DNA of 61,944 bases from Bacteroidota bacterium (GTDB taxonomy: Bacteria; Bacteroidota; Bacteroidia; Bacteroidales; UBA12077): the NCBI GenBank assembly GCA_034189025.1, contig JAXHVS010000078.1:1-61944 (forward strand), given 5' to 3'. This document shows positions 1 to 7,889 of this stretch, piece after piece. Under the pieces are notes generated by a model. It was not told the DNA's origin. It saw nothing but the letters and a program-made list of their open reading frames with translations, and did not search any database. Position numbers and translations under genes: made by a program. How positions within the stretch are numbered: position 1 is the stretch's first letter; every line of letters starts with the position of its first letter.

Positions 1-41
1 TTTTTCCTAAAGGGTTCGAAATGTTTTTCTAATGAACTCAT
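1..41 (-). CDS. N-terminus (runs off the window) of a probable class-V PLP aminotransferase/cysteine desulfurase-like protein
   Basis: ATG at 41 (minus strand) reads MSSLEKHFEPFRK, resembling the N-terminus of Bacteroidota class-V aminotransferases; only 13 codons are visible. Confidence 0.35.
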   Translation of the reverse strand, partial: MSSLEKHFEPFRK

Positions 42-151
42 TGGATTAATTTTAAAATTTAATTGGTTGGTAAAAATAGAACAAAGGAGTAAATTTTTAA
101 AATAAAATCAGCTATTATTTAGTCTTTAAACGATTTATTTTTATGGAGCTT

Positions 152-182
152 AAAAATAAAAAATCCGGGTTAAACCCGGATT
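152..182 (-). terminator. Intrinsic terminator of the YccA-family gene
   Basis: Hairpin AATCCGGGT-TAA-ACCCGGATT (162-182) with an A-rich tract at 152-161 (U-tract on the minus strand). Confidence 0.75.
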
Positions 183-202
183 AGTAGTATTGTGAGTAGT
201 TT

Positions 203-970
203 TTAATCTCTACTGGCAAATTTAGATAAAAGTCTTAATAACTCAATATAAAGCCATATAAGAGTAACCATCAATCCAAATGCAGCGTACCATTCCATAT
301 ATTTAGGCAATCCGGCTTCTGATCCTTTGGCAATAAAATTAAAATCAAGGACAAGGTTCAGTGCTGCAATTCCAACGATAACTAAACTAATTCCAATTCC
401 TAAAATTCCATTGCTGTGTATAATTAAATTATTTACACCAAAAAAGGATAAGATAATAGAAATAAAATATACCAATGCAACGGCTCCGGTAGCTGCTATT
501 ACTCCGGCACGAAACTTTTTAGTAACGTTAATTACTCCAGTCCGATATCCTAACAATAAAATGAGCATTGTTCCAAAAGTCAGTGCAATAGCCTGTATAA
601 CAATGCCCGGATAGGAGGCTTCGAAGAATGCCGAGACAGCACCTAAGAATAAGCCTTCCAGAACTGCATAAATGGGTGCTGTAATATACGCCCAACTACG
701 TTTAAAAATGGTAATTAAAGCAGCTATAAAACCACCAATGCCACCAATGGCAATCCATTTGGAAACCAGTGCAGATCCGGCTTCAATATTTGTTGCTCCG
801 AAAAACATATTCCATGTATACAGGGCTCCTACAATAACAAGCAACAACATGGCAACCGACTTGTTGATCGTTCCGTTTAATGTCATGGATTCGGTGTAGG
901 TTGTTGTATAAGACCTGCTATTAAAAGCCGTTTTCGATAAAACCGGGTTAGATGATCTTGCTATATTCAT
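203..970 (-). CDS. Bax inhibitor-1/YccA family membrane protein
   Basis: 255 aa with about 7 hydrophobic segments; SSNP N-terminus, NLVLDF and EWYAAFGLMVTLIWLYIELLRLL motifs. Confidence 0.9.
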   Translation of the reverse strand: MNIARSSNPVLSKTAFNSRSYTTTYTESMTLNGTINKSVAMLLLVIVGALYTWNMFFGATNIEAGSALVSKWIAIGGIGGFIAALITIFKRSWAYITAPIYAVLEGLFLGAVSAFFEASYPGIVIQAIALTFGTMLILLLGYRTGVINVTKKFRAGVIAATGAVALVYFISIILSFFGVNNLIIHSNGILGIGISLVIVGIAALNLVLDFNFIAKGSEAGLPKYMEWYAAFGLMVTLIWLYIELLRLLSKFASRD

Positions 971-1056
971 AATTTAATGTTTTTGTTTTTTTTCTTATTA
1001 TCAAAATATATACCTAAGAAATTTGTGGAATATTTACTGTCAAAATGTCTTTAGAA

Positions 1057-2403
1057 TTATATTACGATGATTTGATGGTCGATTAAAATAAATAAAATAA
1101 ATAAAACCGAACTGTAAAATATATACCATTTTAGAGGGATATATTCTTTCGGCTTAATCCCTAACTTGAAATAGTTGTATGCAATCAAAATAATTTTAGA
1201 CAAGAAGTAGGTTCCAATGGTTGCTACAGCTACACCTGTTACTCCGTACTCTTTAACAAACCACAGGCTTAAAAATATATTAACGATGACTTCGAAAATA
1301 GAAACATACAATATCGTTCGGGTTTTTTTTAATCCGATAAGAATGGTGTGAGGAAATACCAGGCGGCTGGCAATAGCCAATAAGTAAACCACAAAAACGT
1401 CGGCACTACGGGTAAACTCTTCGTTAAAAACAAAGTGATAAATAGGTTTGGCAAATAACAACATAACAATGGTTAAAGGATACATAGAATGCATAATTCG
1501 CAGTGACTTGCGTTTTAAAACTTCAAGCGATTCAAGCACCTTTTTTTTGGTAGAAAATTCGGTGAGCATGGCCGAGCTTAAACCTGCTGCAAGCATTACC
1601 ACAAAGGGTAGCTCCTTGGCTCCATAACGGAAAATAGCAAATCCATCAGCAGAATAATGTACAGAGACTACCAACCCATCGATGTATTGTGCCGAACCAC
1701 TAATTAGCGTGCTAAAAATTAAAGGTGTTGCTAAATAAAGAATCTCTTTCATGTAAGAAAAAGATAATCTTATTTCGGCGTAATTATAAATTAACGTTAG
1801 CAACCAAATATTTCGGACAATAGAAACTAATACTAAACCACGCAAAGCCCATACAATATCATATCCTAATAAAACCGGAACCAGAACGGACACCAGTTGC
1901 AAGGTATAAGTTATATATGCATAGCTGAGTGTGTTTCCCGACTTGTTTTGAACCATGTAAATATATTCGACTAAACAGGCAGGGCTGCTTAATAAGATAT
2001 ACCAAAGCGTAACGTTTAAAAGCGGAGCTTTTCCTTTAATTCCGAAAACCGAAAAGTTGTTTTGAACAGTTAATCCAATAAAAAAAACAATTACACTGAA
2101 AATTAGCAGAAGCACGAAGATATTAAAAATCTCGGGGGATTTGGAGAAGTTGCTATCTTGCTGACCTCCAAATGTTTTATTTTTTCTAAATAATGATAAA
2201 AAAGCTTGAATTAAACCGGTTACCCAAAAGAACGTAGCAAAACCAGCCATAAATACAGATATTTCGAACAACCCGATTTGCTCTTTTGATAGTCCGATTT
2301 TTGTAAAAACAATGGATATAATTAAAAAAGTAACAAACCGTAAAATGTTAAAAACCTGTAATCCGGCAATGTTATTTATGTTTCTTTTAGGAGCTAACCA
2401 CAC
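1057..2403 (-). CDS. Polysaccharide/oligosaccharide flippase (MOP/Wzx-like)
   Basis: 448 aa, about 12-14 TM segments; IDGLVV..FAIFRYGAKELP and VNIFLSLWFV..YGVTGVAVAT are typical of Bacteroidota flippases; GTG start. Confidence 0.75.
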   Translation of the reverse strand: MWLAPKRNINNIAGLQVFNILRFVTFLIISIVFTKIGLSKEQIGLFEISVFMAGFATFFWVTGLIQAFLSLFRKNKTFGGQQDSNFSKSPEIFNIFVLLLIFSVIVFFIGLTVQNNFSVFGIKGKAPLLNVTLWYILLSSPACLVEYIYMVQNKSGNTLSYAYITYTLQLVSVLVPVLLGYDIVWALRGLVLVSIVRNIWLLTLIYNYAEIRLSFSYMKEILYLATPLIFSTLISGSAQYIDGLVVSVHYSADGFAIFRYGAKELPFVVMLAAGLSSAMLTEFSTKKKVLESLEVLKRKSLRIMHSMYPLTIVMLLFAKPIYHFVFNEEFTRSADVFVVYLLAIASRLVFPHTILIGLKKTRTILYVSIFEVIVNIFLSLWFVKEYGVTGVAVATIGTYFLSKIILIAYNYFKLGIKPKEYIPLKWYIFYSSVLFILFILIDHQIIVI

Positions 2404-2529
2404 ACTTTGATAATTTTTAAATCAAGGTGCAAAAATACACGGAAACAATTAAATAAAAAATAATTTAGCTTTTTTAAATAAACCAGAGAATTAATTCAGG
2501 GATTTTTTTATAAAATAAAATTTCTTGTT

Positions 2530-2537
2530 TATATTTG
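2530..2537 (+). promoter_or_regulatory. Bacteroidota sigma-A -7 promoter box for tRNA-His
   Basis: TATATTTG matches TAnnTTTG, 12 nt upstream of the tRNA. Confidence 0.6.
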
Positions 2538-2549
2538 CAATCCAAAAAT

Positions 2550-2624
2550 GGTGGATGTAGCTCAGTCGGTTAGAGCACTGGATTGTGGTTCCAGGGGTCG
2601 TGGGTTCGAGTCCCATCTTCCACC
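2550..2624 (+). tRNA. tRNA-His(GTG)
   Basis: Cloverleaf with acceptor GTGGATG/CTTCCAC (one U-U mismatch), D-arm AGCTCAGTCGGTTAGAGC, anticodon arm CTGGA-TTGTGGT-TCCAG and T-arm GTGGG-TTCGAGT-CCCAT; encoded G-1 and C discriminator; CCA not fully encoded. Confidence 0.97.
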
Positions 2625-2631
2625 CAACTTT

Positions 2632-2655
2632 AAGCTCCTGATAAGGAGCTTTTTT
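2632..2655. terminator. Terminator between tRNA-His and the convergent TrmH-family gene
   Basis: AAGCTCCT-GATA-AGGAGCTT followed by a T-run. Confidence 0.8.
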
Positions 2656-3451
2656 ATTGGTAAAAATTTCGTTGCCGCATGGCTTCAAAAACCAGAATGG
2701 CTGTTGAGGTTGAAACATTGAGAGAATCAATTTTCCCACTCATGGGAATAATAATTTGTTCATCGGTATTTTTAAGCCATTTTTGTGTTAAACCACCCGC
2801 TTCGGTGCCCATAACAAACGCTGTAGGTTTTGTAAAATTTTTTTGGTGATATTTATTCGTGGCTGTTAACGAAGCGGCATATGATTTAATTTCTTTTTCT
2901 TTAAGCCATGCGATAGCCTCATCCGATGTACATGTAACCACCTGGTTGGTAAAAACACATCCAATACTTGACCGGATAACATTCGGATTATAAATATCTG
3001 TTAACGAATCGGAAATAATTACTGCATCAACTTTAGCCGCATCGGCAGTACGTAATATAGCTCCCAGGTTTCCTGGTTTTTCGACCGATTCAAGTACAAT
3101 GATTAATGGATTTTTTTGTAATTTTAATTCACTTAAGTGTAAATATCTGGGTTCAGCCAACGCTATTAACCCTTCGGTAGAGCCACGGTAAGCCAGTTTT
3201 TTATAAATATCAATACTGATTTCAAAAATCGAAGATATTGAATGAAAACGTTTTTCGATTTCATCTTCGGAAATAATTTTACTACAATAATAAATATTTT
3301 TTAACTGCATACCGGATTGTCTTGCCAACTCAATTTCACGTAATCCTTCAATAACAATAAGGTTCTGTTTTTTTCGCTCTGATGATTTTTGCTGCAGTTT
3401 CAGAATATTCTTAATCTTTGGGTTTTGTGTGCTGGTAATATATTCGGCCAT
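2654..3451 (-). CDS. TrmH/SpoU family RNA 2'-O-methyltransferase
   Basis: SPOUT motifs KPGNLGAILRTADA, VMGTEAGGL and IPMSGKIDSLNVS. Confidence 0.92.
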   Translation of the reverse strand: MAEYITSTQNPKIKNILKLQQKSSERKKQNLIVIEGLREIELARQSGMQLKNIYYCSKIISEDEIEKRFHSISSIFEISIDIYKKLAYRGSTEGLIALAEPRYLHLSELKLQKNPLIIVLESVEKPGNLGAILRTADAAKVDAVIISDSLTDIYNPNVIRSSIGCVFTNQVVTCTSDEAIAWLKEKEIKSYAASLTATNKYHQKNFTKPTAFVMGTEAGGLTQKWLKNTDEQIIIPMSGKIDSLNVSTSTAILVFEAMRQRNFYQ

Positions 3452-3614
3452 AAACTAGATTAAACGAATTTTTATTTTGCTAAATTATAGAATAAAAAGA
3501 TTAAACATATAAAAATTTATGGAGAGAATGTAAATAATAAGTAAATAATTGGTACTTTTAATTAAAAAATAAGGTAAAGTATTTTTATCTATTATTTAAA
3601 TCTTATCTTTTATC

Positions 3615-4679
3615 ATGAATAAAAAATTATTTTTAGCCATTCCGGTATTTATTATACTTTCCATTCAGTTGTGGGCACAGGAAAAAACATTAACGCTTGT
3701 ACATCCTACCGAATATAATTTAAAACTTTTTACCTATCTTATAAATCAGGAAATTGTAAAAATTAATGATTTAAACATTGTTGGGATTTACCATGAAAAG
3801 GAAACTTACGATTATTCCCGTTCCGTTTTGTTTATTGAAAAAAATACAGGGATTCCAATTAAATTAGTAGAAGTACATAACGATATCAATCCGGACAATC
3901 TTTATAAGGAAAATAGCTTTACAGATATATATTCAGAAATATTTAACAGAAGCGATGGGATTTTATTTATGGGAGGGCCGGATTTACCTCCTGAAACTTA
4001 CAATGAGCCAATGAACTTGTTAACCCGATTGACCGACCCTTACCGGCATTATTTCGAAGCATCATTCTTATTTCACTTAATTGGTGGAGCCCAAAACCCT
4101 GAATTTGTGCCATTGCTTGAAAAAAATCCTGACTATATTGTTTATGCTATTTGTCTTGGAATGCAGACTATGAATGTTGCTGCAGGAGGTACTTTAATTC
4201 AGGACATTCCTTCGGAGATTTACAATTTGCATTATGTAGAAGATATTTTAATGCAGGGAAACAATCAACAACACCGGAATTATAATAATAATTTATTCGT
4301 TGATACCACTTTATTTTCAGGAAATTTCCATCAGATTAAAATATTGGATAATAAACCTTTGGTAGGGAATTATAATGAAAATTTGGATCCATTCATTTAC
4401 AGCAATCACCATCAAGCGATTGATAAATTAGGCCAGGGATTGGAGTTTATTGCCACATCAACCGATGGTAAAATTATTGAAGCAATTGTGCATCGGAAAT
4501 ATCCAAATGTGCTGGGAATTCAGTTTCATCCCGAAGGAACATACTTATATGAACCAGACATTAAATACCGTAAAAATCCTGAGGATAAAACTAAATCGGG
4601 GAAACAAATCCTTGAAGAAAATGATAGCTATAAATTCCATGTAAAATTTTGGGAAACTTTTTCTAATAAATTAAAATAA
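3615..4679 (+). CDS. Peptidase C26 / gamma-glutamyl-gamma-aminobutyrate hydrolase family protein with signal peptide
   Basis: Class I GATase motifs GGPD, AICLGMQ (catalytic Cys), SNHHQAI and GIQFHPE (His-Glu); N-terminal Sec signal ending LWA-QE. Confidence 0.85.
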   Translation: MNKKLFLAIPVFIILSIQLWAQEKTLTLVHPTEYNLKLFTYLINQEIVKINDLNIVGIYHEKETYDYSRSVLFIEKNTGIPIKLVEVHNDINPDNLYKENSFTDIYSEIFNRSDGILFMGGPDLPPETYNEPMNLLTRLTDPYRHYFEASFLFHLIGGAQNPEFVPLLEKNPDYIVYAICLGMQTMNVAAGGTLIQDIPSEIYNLHYVEDILMQGNNQQHRNYNNNLFVDTTLFSGNFHQIKILDNKPLVGNYNENLDPFIYSNHHQAIDKLGQGLEFIATSTDGKIIEAIVHRKYPNVLGIQFHPEGTYLYEPDIKYRKNPEDKTKSGKQILEENDSYKFHVKFWETFSNKLK

Positions 4680-4906
4680 ACTAAACAGATTAATTATTCC
4701 ATTCAGTCGTTAAAAAAGTTTATAAAAATTATAGTACAGGCTAAAGAAGTTTTGGAAGAGATAAGACATTATATTTAACCTTATTAAGCTGGATAAATTC
4801 AATATGTAGAAAATAGAATTAATTTACTTTCGTAAAACGCTGATTATTTTGGCATTAAATTTGTTTTAAAACTTAAAGTTTTTTTATTCATTAAAACCTA
4901 ATTGTT

Positions 4907-5827
4907 ATGAGAAATTATTTTTTACCTTTTGCAATGATTGCTCTTTCTTCACTTCTATTGATTAGTTGTGAAGACGAGGATGCTCCTGAAGAGGATGCTC
5001 CCGATGCCGCCTTTAGTGCAACCGAAGGCTCATCAACAAATTCTACGATAACCATTAATTTTACAGATAACTCATCCAACAGTCCATCCGAATGGTATTG
5101 GACATTTGAAGGAGGAACTCCCACTACTTCAACAGAAAGTAATCCTACCGTTACTTATACCGCTCCCGGTACTTTTGATGTAACCCTTGAAGTAACCAAT
5201 GACGGAGGGTCCAATCAAGTTACGATGACGGATTATATTAATATTGTAAAATTTCTTAATCCTACGCAAACAGAAATTGATATTACGATAAACAATAAAG
5301 ATAAAACGATCCCTGTTGATGATTATGTATTATTTGCAAGTATTGATAATACAACGGTAAATTTTAATGCAGAAGCTTCTGGTACAACAAATTCAGGGGA
5401 TATAATAGGATTGCCAATTTCCTGGGAAGGTTCAGCTAACCTTAATGAATATAGTGCCTGGAATTTGAATGTAAGTTCAGATTTTGTTTTCTTTTATGTT
5501 ACAAATTCAGGAACCGATAATCTTACCCCCTTTTATGTTAACTATGGTACAGACGTTGAAACTGAAGATAATATTGTAATAGAAAACAATGAAAATGCTA
5601 CTCCAACGGGTTACTATTATGCCAATTCTGGCATGGAAGTAAGAGCTTATTTTGAATCATCTCCTGCGACCCATGTTCACTGGGATGAAGGAGATCATTT
5701 TACATTACCCTGGGAATTAAATCAATCTAAAAACTTAGGAAATACTAATAAAACCACAAAGGAACCCGAAAAAGAGAAAGTTTTAGATCCTAATGTTGGA
5801 AATATTTTTCAAATAGAGGTTAAATAG
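4907..5827 (+). CDS. PKD-domain lipoprotein
   Basis: Lipobox LLISC followed by acidic EDEDAPEEDAP; PKD motif FTDNSS..PSEWYWTFEGG..NPTVTYTAPGTFDVTLEVTN. Confidence 0.85.
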   Translation: MRNYFLPFAMIALSSLLLISCEDEDAPEEDAPDAAFSATEGSSTNSTITINFTDNSSNSPSEWYWTFEGGTPTTSTESNPTVTYTAPGTFDVTLEVTNDGGSNQVTMTDYINIVKFLNPTQTEIDITINNKDKTIPVDDYVLFASIDNTTVNFNAEASGTTNSGDIIGLPISWEGSANLNEYSAWNLNVSSDFVFFYVTNSGTDNLTPFYVNYGTDVETEDNIVIENNENATPTGYYYANSGMEVRAYFESSPATHVHWDEGDHFTLPWELNQSKNLGNTNKTTKEPEKEKVLDPNVGNIFQIEVK

Positions 5828-5880
5828 TTTTTTCTCCACTAAAAGATAATAAGGCCATCTAAAAATTATGAAATGGTTGT

Positions 5881-5921
5881 AGTAAGCAAGGGCTTCGCTC
5901 AAAGCGAAGCCCTTGCTTACT
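5881..5921. repeat. 19-bp perfect inverted repeat (terminator or REP-like element) between convergent genes
   Basis: AGTAAGCAAGGGCTTCGCT-CAA-AGCGAAGCCCTTGCTTACT. Confidence 0.85.
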
Positions 5922-5938
5922 TTGGATAGCGCCTTTAT

Positions 5939-7165
5939 TTATGCTATCGATTTTTCAATTATTTTAAGAATAACCTTTACCGCCTTTTCCATCGATTCAA
6001 GCGGGATAAATTCATATTTGCCATGGTAATTATGCCCCCCGGTAAAAAGGTTAGGACAGGGGAGGCCCATATACGATAATCTTGCACCGTCGGTACCCCC
6101 GCGAATGGGTTTAACATCTGGTGTAATTTCAAGTTCTAACATGGCTTGTTTTGCATTTTCTACAATATGCATCACAGACTCTACTTTTTCGCGCATATTG
6201 TAATATTGATCTTTTAGTTCAAGCGTAGCCACTTTCTCATTGTATTTCTGGTTGGTTAGTGCAACAATATTTTTTATAACTTCTTTTTTATGTTCGAATT
6301 TTTGCTGATCGTGATCGCGAATAATGTATTGTATTTCTGTATTTTCAACCGACCCATTAAATTTTACGATATGAAAAAATCCTTCGTAATCCTGGGTTAG
6401 TTCAGGCCGTTGCTCCAGGGGTAGCATATTATTAATTTCCGCAGCAACTAAAATGGCATTAATCATTCTTCCACGGGCATATCCGGGATGAATATTTCGG
6501 CCTTGAATTTTTATTTTTGCCGAGGCGGCATTAAAATTTTCATATTCCAGCTCTCCCAATGGGCCACCGTCTAGTGTATAAGCATAATCGGCACCAAATT
6601 TTTGTACATCAAAATGGTCTACTCCTTTCCCAATTTCCTCGTCGGGAGTAAAAGCCACTTTAATGGTACCGTGTTTTATTTTCGGATTATTTGCTAAATA
6701 TTCTATAGCAGTCATTATTTCGGCAATTCCGGCTTTATCATCCGCGCCAAGGAGGGTATCACCACTGGCTGTGATTATGGTTTGTCCGGTATAATTTTTT
6801 AGTTCGGGAAAATCTTTAACCGAAAGACAAACATTCATCTTTTTGTTAATGGAGATATCCTTTCCATCGTAATTTTTAAAGATTTGAGGTTTAACATCTT
6901 TGCCGCTTATATCGGGGGCAGTATCCATGTGTGCAAAAAACCCAATCACCGGAATATCCTTTTTTATATTCGATGGCAAGGTAGCGGTAACATATCCATA
7001 GTTGTCCAGTTCCACATCAGCTAAACCTAAGTTTTTTAATTCTTTTTCAAGCAATCGGGCTAAGTCCAATTGTTTTTGGGTACTCGGGTAAGTTTTGGAA
7101 TTTTCGTCCGATTGGGTATCGATTTGTATATATCTTAAAAAACGGTTGATTAAAGAATTTTTCAT
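5939..7165 (-). CDS. pepT: Peptidase T (M20B tripeptide aminopeptidase)
   Basis: HMDT, LGADDKAG, FTPDEEIG, YTLDG, IRGGTDG and NYHGKYE motifs. Confidence 0.96.
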   Translation of the reverse strand: MKNSLINRFLRYIQIDTQSDENSKTYPSTQKQLDLARLLEKELKNLGLADVELDNYGYVTATLPSNIKKDIPVIGFFAHMDTAPDISGKDVKPQIFKNYDGKDISINKKMNVCLSVKDFPELKNYTGQTIITASGDTLLGADDKAGIAEIMTAIEYLANNPKIKHGTIKVAFTPDEEIGKGVDHFDVQKFGADYAYTLDGGPLGELEYENFNAASAKIKIQGRNIHPGYARGRMINAILVAAEINNMLPLEQRPELTQDYEGFFHIVKFNGSVENTEIQYIIRDHDQQKFEHKKEVIKNIVALTNQKYNEKVATLELKDQYYNMREKVESVMHIVENAKQAMLELEITPDVKPIRGGTDGARLSYMGLPCPNLFTGGHNYHGKYEFIPLESMEKAVKVILKIIEKSIA

Positions 7166-7317
7166 GGTTTTTGTTATTTGTTGGTAAAGATAATGATTTG
7201 GATGAAAATGATAAATTTGTAATTGTTTTGAAAATATTAACCGGTTTATATTTTAAGTTTGTTATTTTTAATAAAATATTCATTTTACAACTTATTTTTG
7301 ATTTTCGATCACTAAAT

Positions 7318-7889
7318 AATTCTGCTTTGACAGATTAGGAAAAATGATTTAGTTTTCTGATAATCAATATCTAAAGTTTTGAAAAATGCCCTAAAATTAG
7401 TATTTTCGAGGCATATAAAGAAAAACAAACTTATCGTTCGTTTCAATGTTTAATTCAACAGAAAAATACAAAAAATTATGGAAAAACACTTGCCGCTTGC
7501 GCCAAGCAGCTCGATGACTATATGTCTGAATATCAGGACATATTCAAAAACAAAACGAAAAAATTTTTGATAAAGCAGAAATATATGTGCATGGATTGTT
7601 CATTAGCAATGTGCGCAATATAGAACGAATTTGCGAAGGCCAAGCTGATGCCGACTATTTTCAAATTCAACATTTTATTACAAATGCGCTTTGGGATGCT
7701 CGTCTGGCAATAGATCAGGCTACAATCCAAACCAGCATGGATCTTCCCAAGAGCAAACTCACCCGATTAATTATTGATGAAACCGGAACCGTTAAAAAAG
7801 GCAATAAAAGTGTAGGTGTGGGATGGCAATATTGTGGTAACGTTGGAAAAACCGGCTAATAGTCAGGTTGCAGTTGTAGGATGTTTAAG
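7318..7889 (+). mobile_element. Truncated, frameshifted IS701-family element (left end plus N-terminal transposase)
   Basis: Left end AATTCTGCTTTGACAG; fragments ..DIFKNKTKKF / DKAEIYVHGLF..RNIERI..LIIDETGTVKKGNKSVGVGWQYCGNVGKT / NSQVAVVGCLS carry the IS701 DDE signature; frameshifts near 7568 and 7855; cut at about 7890. Confidence 0.8.

Noticed and set aside
2550-2700. tRNA-His as an integration site
   Set aside because: No integrase nearby and I saw no duplicate of its 3' end in the window
2491-2739. 82-aa minus-strand ORF
   Set aside because: Antisense to tRNA-His and overlapping the TrmH-family gene; spurious
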